NCBI GenBank assembly: GCA_016866475.1
Contig: VGMF01000003.1
Coordinates: 13,442-77,441 of the forward strand
Reading direction: 5' to 3'
Source of the DNA: Chlamydiota bacterium
GTDB taxonomy: Bacteria; Chlamydiota; Chlamydiia; Chlamydiales; RGXB01
Length of the DNA: 64,000 nucleotides
The notes below the pieces were generated by a model. It ran no database searches and was not told where the DNA came from. It saw only the letters and a list, made by a program, of their open reading frames with translations. The translations under genes were made by a program, and so were the position numbers. Positions 1 through 8,456 of this stretch are shown here, one piece after another. Position 1 is the stretch's first letter. Every line of letters begins with the position of its first letter.

Positions 1-331
1 TTCCCCCGTTGATCTCCGGTAGAATCAATCGATTCCGATCCCTAAATGCCGAGCTGCTTGAGATAACAAGGGACGTTTCACCCCATAAGGGTTCCATAAT
101 AAGCGCCGTTTGCGTATCCAAGCAGGAGAAAACCAGCTCCACTCCTAACTGCTTAGCTTTATAAATATCCTCAACGTTTTCCAGCCCCAAACCGTCCAAT
201 GAGTCGCCGATTTTTTGTTTGGAAGCGCTCATGAAGCGTACTTGAAAGTGAGGATGAAAAGACAACAGCTTTCGGTACATTTCGCCAATTGCCCCTGTCG
301 CCCCTAGAATGCCAACGCTAATTTTCCCCAT
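1..331 (-). CDS. asd: aspartate-semialdehyde dehydrogenase, N-terminal part (gene runs off window start)
   Basis: Not in the ORF track. Minus-strand ATG at 331-329 gives MGKISVGILGATGAIGEMYRKLL...SSSSAFRDRNRLILPEINGG. It has a GATGAxG Rossmann motif and an LPE(I/V)N motif typical of Asd. It overlaps the dapA 3' end by 28 nt and sits next to dapA/dapB. Confidence 0.8.
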   Translation of the reverse strand, partial: MGKISVGILGATGAIGEMYRKLLSFHPHFQVRFMSASKQKIGDSLDGLGLENVEDIYKAKQLGVELVFSCLDTQTALIMEPLWGETSLVISSSSAFRDRNRLILPEINGG

Positions 332-1128
332 GCTTCCTCAAGAACCGCATCAATTTTTAATTTTTCATCCTCTTGCAATGCACCTATTTCAGCTTTAACG
401 CGATCAGTCGAAAAAAGATGGTTTTTGTGTAAAATGTATTGAATTGAAAGAGGATTGACACTGACAAAAACTCTTTTCAATAAACTTAAGAGGTCCTCCG
501 AGAACGGATCAAGACACATAGCTTTTTTTACTGTCTCTACAAAAACGTTGGATAAAACGGATATTGCCCCGATAGAACCCTGTTTTTTATAGGAGACAAT
601 CCATTCGTCGTCGCCGCAAAATACAGGAATGTTTATCCCTTTCAATAGGCTTTTCCCTTGCGATTCTTTCACGCCCAAGAGATTTTTATGACCCTTTAAA
701 CTTTTATAAACCGACGTTTCGATAGCAACACCTACCCTGGAAGGGTTGTTGTATAAAATAACAGGGCAAGGTGCTTTTTCTAAAACCGTAGTGTAAAAAG
801 TAAGGATTGCCTGCTGCGTAGGTCTAACAAAAAAAGGGGGAGTCACTAGAAGGTATTGCACATCTTGCCTCTCTGCAAGATCCATATTTTTTAAAACACG
901 GTCCAGGGAAAGGTCACTCACACAAAGTCCTCTCGAGAACGGATAATCCCTTGTCGCCTGGAGCAAAATGGATTTTTCCTGATCTGTGAGTAAAGTACCT
1001 TGTCCGGTCGTCCCGGCGACAATGACCCCATCAGCCCCTTTTTTTTGATGCTGGAGAAGTTTGTGAAAAGACTTTATATCTAATCTGCCTTCGCTATCCA
1101 AGGGTGTCGCCAAAGCGGTAATCAACAT
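304..1128 (-). CDS. dapA: 4-hydroxy-tetrahydrodipicolinate synthase
   Basis: 274 aa. DapA/NAL-family pattern: VAGTTGQG, ILYNNPSR, catalytic-Lys context LLGVKESQG. Overlaps dapB by 7 nt. Confidence 0.85.
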   Translation of the reverse strand: MLITALATPLDSEGRLDIKSFHKLLQHQKKGADGVIVAGTTGQGTLLTDQEKSILLQATRDYPFSRGLCVSDLSLDRVLKNMDLAERQDVQYLLVTPPFFVRPTQQAILTFYTTVLEKAPCPVILYNNPSRVGVAIETSVYKSLKGHKNLLGVKESQGKSLLKGINIPVFCGDDEWIVSYKKQGSIGAISVLSNVFVETVKKAMCLDPFSEDLLSLLKRVFVSVNPLSIQYILHKNHLFSTDRVKAEIGALQEDEKLKIDAVLEEAWGKLALAF

Positions 1129-1727
1129 AACAACTCTCTTAAATGCACAAAACCTTTCCGTCCTGAAATCATGGGCAAAATCTGAAGAATTCCTTGTGCA
1201 AAAACTCCCCTGTCTGTAGCTTCATGTTCCAAAGTGATCTGCTCATACCCATTTTTGAAGACAATTTTGTGTTTGCCAATCGTCTCACCCTCTCTTATGG
1301 ATGAGATAGAAACCTCCCCTAAAGCCTCTTTTAGCTGAAGCGCGGTTCCGGAGGGGCTGTCTTTTTTTTCTACGTGGTGGGTCTCTTCTATAGAAATTTG
1401 CAAACCTTCTGATTTGAATTGCGGTGCTATTTGTATCATTTTTTGGACAAGCGGTGAAAAATTTGGGGAATAAAGGCAAAAGCCTCCGTTCGATTCCACT
1501 AGTTTTTGGGCCTCTTCAAGCTGATCATACCAACCGGTAGTTGCCACAACAATCGGTTTTTTTTGACTCATTGCGTACCGGATGTTTTGAAGCACACTGT
1601 CTTTAAAAGTCGCATCAATCAAAATATCTGCCATCGGAAGATCGACGACCTGATAGGAAAAAGAGGGAGCTAGGCGCAAAACCTCTTTCCCTAGCTTTCC
1701 AATTCCAAATAGACCTATTTTAATCAT
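1122..1727 (-). CDS. dapB: 4-hydroxy-tetrahydrodipicolinate reductase (short form, 201 aa)
   Basis: N-terminal GLFGIGKLG dinucleotide-binding motif and the DapB signature EETHHVEKKDSPSGTA. The N-terminal domain is shorter than in typical 250-270 aa DapB proteins. Confidence 0.8.
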   Translation of the reverse strand: MIKIGLFGIGKLGKEVLRLAPSFSYQVVDLPMADILIDATFKDSVLQNIRYAMSQKKPIVVATTGWYDQLEEAQKLVESNGGFCLYSPNFSPLVQKMIQIAPQFKSEGLQISIEETHHVEKKDSPSGTALQLKEALGEVSISSIREGETIGKHKIVFKNGYEQITLEHEATDRGVFAQGILQILPMISGRKGFVHLRELLC

Positions 1728-1799
1728 AATTGATAAAACATTACAGCGGGGCGAAGCAAAAACTCAAGCTTTAATTTTATCCTTAGTGTACACTCCGAA

Positions 1800-2324
1800 G
1801 TGTTTATGCAGACATGGATCAGACGATTAGAAAAATTAGAAATCCTCCTCACTTTACCGACTCCTATTTTAGAGGCTTTCGAAACGGCTCAAGTGGCTTT
1901 AAGCATCCCTAATTCCCAAAAAGAAAAAATGGTTCTTTTTCTTCCTCTCCTCACTTTTCCAATTGTTGATTTTGCGTCCGGGGCCCTCTCTATTCTTTTT
2001 TATTTTCTCATCCTTCTACTTAGCCCAAAAAAATCTCCCGCAACCCTTTTGGTCGAGATAGCCCTTCTTATAAGTTTTGCAACAATTTATCCTGCCTATG
2101 CCCCGTTTGCTTATATTTTCATGGTATCGAGCTGGATTTTGATGCACACGCCGATGTTGACCCCAATAAGTCACCCGGTGCACAGATTTTTTTGGGTTGT
2201 CCCCTTTTTAGTGTACCCCCCCCTTCTTCAAGTTTTGGCACCTGTTTTAGGATGTATCAGCTTAAGCTTCGGGATTCACAAAAAGTTTTTTGTATGGGCG
2301 GAAAATAAGCTTGGTGAGCAATAG
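1800..2324 (+). CDS. hypothetical polytopic membrane protein (about 5 hydrophobic segments)
   Basis: 174-aa ORF, very hydrophobic (L/F/P-rich) with paired TM-like segments. GTG start, with ATG alternatives at 1806 and 1815. Its 3' end overlaps the convergent 2262..3401 gene by 63 nt. No recognisable family. Confidence 0.45.
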   Translation: MFMQTWIRRLEKLEILLTLPTPILEAFETAQVALSIPNSQKEKMVLFLPLLTFPIVDFASGALSILFYFLILLLSPKKSPATLLVEIALLISFATIYPAYAPFAYIFMVSSWILMHTPMLTPISHPVHRFFWVVPFLVYPPLLQVLAPVLGCISLSFGIHKKFFVWAENKLGEQ

Positions 2325-3401
2325 ACGGTTAAACTGCTGAACTATAACCCGCAAAACGCCCTCTTCAGATGCACAAAAATCGAGTATAGTCCCCATCGTA
2401 GGGGAAAAAAGAATCTTTGCGTTATGGTTCACTATGCTTTCAGCATAAATACAATTGTTATGTAGACCAATAATGTGCTCCTGAACTCGGATTATTTTTT
2501 CAAAACACATCTTGTTCATTATATTTGTGATCGTTTCCTGTATGTGATCCAAAAGAACAAGAGAACTACCCTCATATGTTTCAACTGTAAAGAAGGACTC
2601 TAGTGAGTTTGAACTGACTGCTTTAAACCTAGCTATATGAGAAAAGGAATTTTTCGAGGAAATTGTGAGATGCTTTATAACACCCTCTTGATCGAGCTCA
2701 AGGATTGCATTCGATGTATCCTGGTAGAAAAGACGGGAGCGACCATTTAAATTTAAAATTGCCCGTACCTTTTTTTCCGTTTGGATCTCAGACACAACTC
2801 CTAAATTCGACCATAAGAGCACTTTTAGACAATTATTCGAATCAAACAAAAAAACGAAAGGGACCTCCTCACCGACCGTTTGGAGCACCTCTATGTTCGA
2901 TCCAAAATAGATCGAGGCCGTACGCCCTAACCTGAGGTTATATTTCTCCAAAAAGCCATTTTCGGTGAAAACGAGCGCATCTTCTTGTCGAAAGGAGATG
3001 ATCTGAGAAACCGTTTGTTCGAGAGGGAAGATCGCATCCCAAGCAGGCGGGGTTAAAATCACCATCTCTTTATGCTGCGATGAAAAGGGGCTTTTAAGAG
3101 AGACCACGCAAGAATTTTGCGTTTGCAGAACAGCCGTCACATTCCCAAGCTTGGCATAGGCTTCGATTGGCTCTACTACAGGCTGAAAGGATCTTTTGAG
3201 CAACTCATGAGCGTGACTTTTGTCTGTTATCGCTCCCCCAAACGAGCGCACAAGCCGTTTTCCTGCTACAAAATTTGCAATCTTGTGCAAATCGGTAGAA
3301 ACCTGAGACAATTTACACAATGATTCGGGTGATGTTCTCCCGGCTAAGTCCTCTTGGAAATCCCTTGGAAGAACAATCAGATTTAAATCAATTCCAGACA
3401 A
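2262..3401 (-). CDS. F-box-like domain protein (putative eukaryote-targeting effector)
   Basis: 379 aa. N-terminal LPRDFQEDLAGRTSPESLCKLSQVSTDLHKIA fits the F-box pattern LPxE...L...L.P.(D/E)L..L..VS(K)x(W). The remainder is beta-rich and repetitive, propeller-like. Its start overlaps the rlmD stop by 19 nt. Confidence 0.55.
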   Translation of the reverse strand: MSGIDLNLIVLPRDFQEDLAGRTSPESLCKLSQVSTDLHKIANFVAGKRLVRSFGGAITDKSHAHELLKRSFQPVVEPIEAYAKLGNVTAVLQTQNSCVVSLKSPFSSQHKEMVILTPPAWDAIFPLEQTVSQIISFRQEDALVFTENGFLEKYNLRLGRTASIYFGSNIEVLQTVGEEVPFVFLFDSNNCLKVLLWSNLGVVSEIQTEKKVRAILNLNGRSRLFYQDTSNAILELDQEGVIKHLTISSKNSFSHIARFKAVSSNSLESFFTVETYEGSSLVLLDHIQETITNIMNKMCFEKIIRVQEHIIGLHNNCIYAESIVNHNAKILFSPTMGTILDFCASEEGVLRVIVQQFNRLLLTKLIFRPYKKLFVNPEA

Positions 3402-4651
3402 CCTACAGTCTCCACATGTACCGTTTGAGGAAATAAATCGAAAGGTTGTACAGATTTGAGCTTATAGACACTTTTCAAAATTTTACAGTCCCTTGCAAAT
3501 GTAGCAGGGTCGCACGAAACGTAGACGATTTTTTTCACCCTCTGCTTTTTTAGAACTTCTAAAACCGAGCTTTCGCACCCCTTTCTAGGAGGGTTAAGGA
3601 TCACTTTATCGAAATAGCCCAGCTCCCCGATCTTTTCTTCTGCTTTGGCTAAATAGAATTGGGCATTTTGAATCAGGTTGAGTGCGCAATTTTTTTTTGC
3701 ACTCTCAATAGAACTTGCGACACACTCAATCCCGATAGCCTCTTGGCAACTCCTTGCAGCTAAAAGTGTCATAGTCCCCACTCCGCAAAATGCATCGAGA
3801 ACCCTGTCACGGCATGTCAGATCCAAAAGATCCATAACATGTTGGTATAAGAGCGGCACTTGAAAAGGATTTACCTGGTAAAAAGCATCTTTATAAATTG
3901 CAAATTTCAACCCGAGTAGGTTGTCCTCGATCAACTCCTCACCTGCTAAAAGGGTGAATTTTTTTCCAAAAACATAATTAGAATCCTGCTCTCTTTGGGT
4001 GAAGTAAATCCCCTTGACCCTTTTTTTCTCGTCTACTATTTTTTTTGCAAACCCTACTAAGGATTTACTTAGTGGTGCGTAGCTGGAGAAAATAATCAAA
4101 ATGGAATCTGTAGAAAATGCAGTTTTCATCACGAGGGTGTCCAGCTCTTTCGGGATATCCATCAAAGATATCTCTTCCAGTACTGTTTGCGAGCTCTTAA
4201 GATGCAGATGGCAATGATCTATCGGTACGAAATCTTGGCTATTTGCAGCAAAAAAGCCCAACTTGCCTCCCCTGACCGGAAGTTGCACCTTATTTCTGTA
4301 TGCAAATTCAACCGAGGGTTTCACAGCAGCGACTGTTACATCTTTTATGTCTGCAATTCTCTCGAGCGCATCCTGAATCCTTTTTTGTTTCGTCTTCAAC
4401 TGGCCTTCGTATGAAAGATGTTGCAGCTGGCACCCGCCACATTTTTCAAAGTGAGGGCAACGGGGAATCACCCTGTCGGGGGACTGCTTAAGAATCGCAT
4501 CAAGTTCCGCTTCAATCACTGAAGAGCCTATTCTTGTAGGGGTAACCGACACCCTTTCATGGGGTAAAGCTCCCTTTACAAAAAGGATTTTTTTGTCTTT
4601 GCGCCCCACTCCGAGGCCTTTGGAACTAATATCATTTATGTCGACTTCCAT
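3383..4651 (-). CDS. rlmD: 23S rRNA (uracil-5-)-methyltransferase RlmD/RumA family
   Basis: 422 aa. TRAM-like N-terminus, Fe-S Cys cluster CPHFEKCGGCQLQH, SAM motif LDAFCGVGT, catalytic region YVSCDPATFARD. Confidence 0.88.
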   Translation of the reverse strand: MEVDINDISSKGLGVGRKDKKILFVKGALPHERVSVTPTRIGSSVIEAELDAILKQSPDRVIPRCPHFEKCGGCQLQHLSYEGQLKTKQKRIQDALERIADIKDVTVAAVKPSVEFAYRNKVQLPVRGGKLGFFAANSQDFVPIDHCHLHLKSSQTVLEEISLMDIPKELDTLVMKTAFSTDSILIIFSSYAPLSKSLVGFAKKIVDEKKRVKGIYFTQREQDSNYVFGKKFTLLAGEELIEDNLLGLKFAIYKDAFYQVNPFQVPLLYQHVMDLLDLTCRDRVLDAFCGVGTMTLLAARSCQEAIGIECVASSIESAKKNCALNLIQNAQFYLAKAEEKIGELGYFDKVILNPPRKGCESSVLEVLKKQRVKKIVYVSCDPATFARDCKILKSVYKLKSVQPFDLFPQTVHVETVGCLELI

Positions 4652-4792
4652 GGATACTTTTTATTGTATAATAAGATCCTCTAAAGGTCTAACAAAGAAT
4701 GCAGGAGGCCGAAAGAACTAAAATTTAAACTAGACTATCGATCGAGTTTTGAGTTAGATTAGAGGCACTTAAGGTTTTTTAAAATTTTTTAT

Positions 4793-5368
4793 ATGATTAA
4801 ATTTTTTCTACTTCTCTCCCTGCCTCTTTTTGGGAAAGTCACCTTCGATTTTTCCCAAGATACCCCTAAGGTTCTCAGGTCGGTTTATCCTGCCATCAAA
4901 GCGGCCGAAATGCCACATGAAAAAAAAATATACACAAAAGAGATCATCCAGCACACCCACATCGCTACAGGTTTGCAATACGAGAGCCCCTCAACCGAAA
5001 ATATGGTGGATATCTCTATGAACCTAGGGATGAGCAAAAAACCTTTAGGGGTGAAGGAATCGATTTTTTACTTTTCATTTCCAAAGGTGATGATGTATAA
5101 AAAAATTGCGGCAAAGGAGAGTTTTCCGACCACCTTTTTTGGTGCAGGTTTAAGCTACGACGGGATTATAAACGATTTTTCGTCAGAGAATGCGAGATCC
5201 CTGCAAGCCGGCCTCTCTATGGGGATGGAGATAGAATCCAAAAATAAAACAAAACACCTGGTTCAGCTAGATTTGTCTAAATCTATTAGGGAGAAAGCTC
5301 TGGAACCCCAATCGGGATTAGCTCTCCCGAAAGCGGGACTTGAGCTTAGCTATGGAGCAAATTTTTAG
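4793..5368 (+). CDS. putative small outer-membrane beta-barrel protein
   Basis: 191 aa. Signal peptide MIKFFLLLSLPLFG. The C-terminus has alternating hydrophobic residues and ends in Phe (LELSYGANF), a beta-barrel OMP signature. Confidence 0.55.
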   Translation: MIKFFLLLSLPLFGKVTFDFSQDTPKVLRSVYPAIKAAEMPHEKKIYTKEIIQHTHIATGLQYESPSTENMVDISMNLGMSKKPLGVKESIFYFSFPKVMMYKKIAAKESFPTTFFGAGLSYDGIINDFSSENARSLQAGLSMGMEIESKNKTKHLVQLDLSKSIREKALEPQSGLALPKAGLELSYGANF

Positions 5369-6061
5369 ATGAGGTCTATTTTCGGTTGGTGTTTTCCACT
5401 GTATCTAAGTGCGCTTTCAATCAGCATCGACCCTTATGTTCAAGATACAAATCTTGTGCTGGAAGAAGATGTTCTTGGTTTTAATGGGCAATCGCAAGGG
5501 CTGTTTTTAAGTCTATTTGAAAAAGAGATACTCCGCCCCTATTTTAGCGGGACTGTCAATGTGTCCAAAGGGAAACTTTTTCACTATGGAGAGCCCAAGG
5601 CCCCTTTCACACAATCTATTTTAGAAGGGCAAACCGGTTACTCCTTTCCCATCAACCGTCAAGACGTATTCCGTTTTACCCCATTTTTAGGTCTTGGTGT
5701 GTACTACCAAAAGCTCTTAGGTTGGGATAGGACGGTAAGCTTTTATTGTCCTATAGGAATTGGGATCGATTACCATATCGGCGACTATTTTTCTTTGAGC
5801 TCTCTATTGACAATTCTCCCTCAAATACAAACCTTCAGACAGATGTCCGGTAGCACGTTTCAAAAAATACCCTCCTCTATCGGCTACAAAATTGAATTTC
5901 CCGTAAGTTTAGCCCTTGACCCCTATAAATATGTAGCGATTTCTATCACCCCCTTTTACAACTACTATCCTTTTGGAGCCCCGGCATTTAGTCCCCTTCT
6001 ACACAGTAAGACCGAATTGCAACAGATTGGTTTAAGGGTTGGTGTCGATGCACAATTTTAA
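5369..6061 (+). CDS. putative outer-membrane beta-barrel protein
   Basis: 230 aa. Hydrophobic N-terminus, aromatic-rich beta-strand pattern, C-terminal IGLRVGVDAQF ending in Phe. The start codon directly abuts the upstream stop. Confidence 0.55.
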   Translation: MRSIFGWCFPLYLSALSISIDPYVQDTNLVLEEDVLGFNGQSQGLFLSLFEKEILRPYFSGTVNVSKGKLFHYGEPKAPFTQSILEGQTGYSFPINRQDVFRFTPFLGLGVYYQKLLGWDRTVSFYCPIGIGIDYHIGDYFSLSSLLTILPQIQTFRQMSGSTFQKIPSSIGYKIEFPVSLALDPYKYVAISITPFYNYYPFGAPAFSPLLHSKTELQQIGLRVGVDAQF

Positions 6062-6788
6062 AGAAGATCTTAAAGAGCTATTTCTAGAGGGGATCCTGGT
6101 TGGAGAGAAAGAGAATCCGGATAGTTTTCTAAAAAGGGTACAAAAATTAAAAAAATTGCCTCTTAACAAGTTTAAGAATCCGGTTTTTGGGGTACAAACT
6201 GTCTATGTAACTGTTGAGACAAAAAAGGCTTTCATCCCCTGGTTTGCCGCCTATACAAAATTTGAATATGAGGACGGGATTGTTATTCCGAAAATTGAGA
6301 TTAGCCCATTTGCTCCGAAAGAGACAATTGACCACGAACTTGTTCATGCGGTCAAGGCTTGCCATGAAGATTCGATTTTTGAGGAATTTCTAGCTTTTGA
6401 AACCTCAACAGGGCTTCGCAGGCTTTTAGGCCCCCTTTTTTTTGACCCATGGGAGGCTAATATCCTTGCCATCACGATACTTTTAGGTTTTTTTGTCCCC
6501 TTTCTTTACATCGCCACAGTAGGGCTTTCTTTATTTTTTGCTTTGAGGCTTTGGCGGACAAGAAGGCTCTTTAATAAAGCTCTTGAGGAAATATCAAGGC
6601 TTTTCAACGCCAAAAATCCGCTCCCCTTCGCTTTGCTGTTGTCTGAACGGGAGATGAAGCTATTTGGATCAGGCCAGGGTGAATTAGCTTTGAAAGAGAC
6701 GGAAACCCAAGATACCTTAAGATACCGACAAATTTTAGCACTAAGTGCGATCAAAATTCCAGTTACATACTCCAAAAATGCCTCTTAG
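6039..6788 (+). CDS. hypothetical membrane protein with HExxH zinc-metalloprotease motif
   Basis: 249 aa. HELVHAVKACHEDSIFEEF (HExxH plus downstream acidic residues) is followed by a TM hairpin (ILAITILLGFFVPFLYIATVGLSLFFALRLW). GTG start at 6039 overlaps the upstream gene; ATG at 6048 is an alternative. Confidence 0.5.
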   Translation: MVSMHNFKEDLKELFLEGILVGEKENPDSFLKRVQKLKKLPLNKFKNPVFGVQTVYVTVETKKAFIPWFAAYTKFEYEDGIVIPKIEISPFAPKETIDHELVHAVKACHEDSIFEEFLAFETSTGLRRLLGPLFFDPWEANILAITILLGFFVPFLYIATVGLSLFFALRLWRTRRLFNKALEEISRLFNAKNPLPFALLLSEREMKLFGSGQGELALKETETQDTLRYRQILALSAIKIPVTYSKNAS

Positions 6789-6973
6789 CCCTCTTTAATT
6801 TTTTTAATAGTTGAACCTCTCTCCTTAAAAAAGGGGTATATCATCTCTAAACTCAGGTATTTTGACCTAGAAAAATATGGTCTTATTAGCAAGGTCTGTG
6901 GTACACTTATACTAGTTTCTTTAATTAAAATTTAATGATCCTTCTCAACAACAGTTTATTTTTCATTTAAAAT

Positions 6974-7276
6974 ATGGCAATTCGTATCAGCCTTAAAGGG
7001 CGTATTCAACTTAAAGTCTTGATCCCTGAAGCCTGGACCTTCTCCGAACTCATCGCCTTTTTGCCGGAGGTGACAGCACTATCCCAGTCATTGATCCTTT
7101 TTCGAAATCATCGTATTTATGATCTCGATTCCACCGATTTTATAAAAAACCACTTAGGGGAAACCTTCGACTGCCATTTTTTAGAGGATAAGTGCATTTT
7201 TCGATTAAAATTCGAAAAGCTGATTTCTACCGACGATACTATTCTTCTCCCGCTGAGTTTAAATGGAACCCTCTAA
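6974..7276 (+). CDS. hypothetical protein (100 aa)
   Basis: ORF with no recognisable motif. Its stop overlaps the start of the downstream transporter-like gene by 14 nt, which suggests co-translation and supports it being real. Confidence 0.4.
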   Translation: MAIRISLKGRIQLKVLIPEAWTFSELIAFLPEVTALSQSLILFRNHRIYDLDSTDFIKNHLGETFDCHFLEDKCIFRLKFEKLISTDDTILLPLSLNGTL

Positions 7277-8456
7277 GCCCCCCCGTTTCATCCTCTTAAT
7301 TCTATTTTTCAACGGTCTGGAGCATTTTTTGACCTCTCTAAAAATTATCTACACCCCTTTGCTCCCTTTTTTGTTTTTTTCTGACACCCCCTACTTGGAA
7401 AACATCAGTTTTTTGTTTCAAATCTATCCGGTGGGAATTTTAGCTAAACCAATCGGAACGCTTTTTTTCCAATATATAGAGCGCTATTTTTCTCTACTCA
7501 CGACTCTAAGGATCTCTTACCTTGGGACAGGAATTTCATCTGTTTTTTTAGGGGCTCTCTCTTACTTTTTTCCTGAATTTCTGAAACAGGGCCTCACCCT
7601 TATGTACTTTTTCCAAACTTTTTTTACCTCCAACGAGATAGTGGGAGCGACCAAGATCGTGTTTGATTTGAACCTTGAGGATACGATAAAAAAAAGGCTG
7701 AGCGGGTGGATTTCTACCTCTTCGGCTCTTGGGATCTGGTTTTCATTCGGTTTTGTCCTATTTTTTCAAGAGATCGGTCTTTTGAAAATTTCGTTTTTTG
7801 CAGCTCATATGATGGGTCTGATTTTGATTTTAGGTATGTTCTTTCTTCCTAAAAAACAGTTAAACTCCCCCCCAATCCCCAAAAATACCCCCAAAATCGG
7901 AATTGCCCCCAAGGCTCTTATCTTCCTGTTAACCGGCTTCTCGGCCTTTTGCTACAGCACAGCATTCCATGTAATCCCAAGCTATTTTTTTGAAAAAAAT
8001 CCTCTAGATTCCCAATTTCTCCTTATTTCTTTAGACGTACTGCTTTTGTGGATTTTTGGGCGGATCCTCCGCTATCAAGAGAAAGAAACACTAATAAAAG
8101 GGGCGTTGTGGTGCGGGCTTTTAGGCCCACTTCCATTTATCTTCGGGTTTTTAGAGCCCTCAAGCCGTAGCCTTCAACTCGAAATTATTCTCTTGGGTAC
8201 TCTTTTTAGCGCCCCGCTTTATCCCTTTCTATATGAGGTAAGCGGCGCTAAAAGCAGATATGGGACCCTTTCCTGGTGCTATCTTTTGGGTTCACAATTC
8301 TTCGGAGCCATGACACCTTTAGTCTTACTTCATTTCTCTAGAGGATTTTCTATGGAAAAAGGGATTTTAATTTCCACTTCCCTTTTAAGCTTCGTAACCC
8401 TTTTTGCCCTTAATGAAGTAAGACGAGATTTAGAATCTGCAAAGATCGAAACCTAA
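7263..8456 (+). CDS. putative MFS-type / polytopic transporter
   Basis: 397 aa, about 10-12 TM segments arranged as two halves around a central loop (PKKQLNSPPIPKNTPK). No diagnostic motif recognised. Confidence 0.5.
   Translation: MEPSKPPRFILLILFFNGLEHFLTSLKIIYTPLLPFLFFSDTPYLENISFLFQIYPVGILAKPIGTLFFQYIERYFSLLTTLRISYLGTGISSVFLGALSYFFPEFLKQGLTLMYFFQTFFTSNEIVGATKIVFDLNLEDTIKKRLSGWISTSSALGIWFSFGFVLFFQEIGLLKISFFAAHMMGLILILGMFFLPKKQLNSPPIPKNTPKIGIAPKALIFLLTGFSAFCYSTAFHVIPSYFFEKNPLDSQFLLISLDVLLLWIFGRILRYQEKETLIKGALWCGLLGPLPFIFGFLEPSSRSLQLEIILLGTLFSAPLYPFLYEVSGAKSRYGTLSWCYLLGSQFFGAMTPLVLLHFSRGFSMEKGILISTSLLSFVTLFALNEVRRDLESAKIET

Noticed and set aside
1122-1727. Whether the short (201 aa) DapB is a pseudogene.
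   Set aside because: The frame is intact, the nucleotide-binding and E-x-HH-x-x-K-x-D-x-PSGTA signature motifs are present, and the gene is translationally coupled to dapA. Short DapB variants exist in other bacteria, so I treat it as functional.
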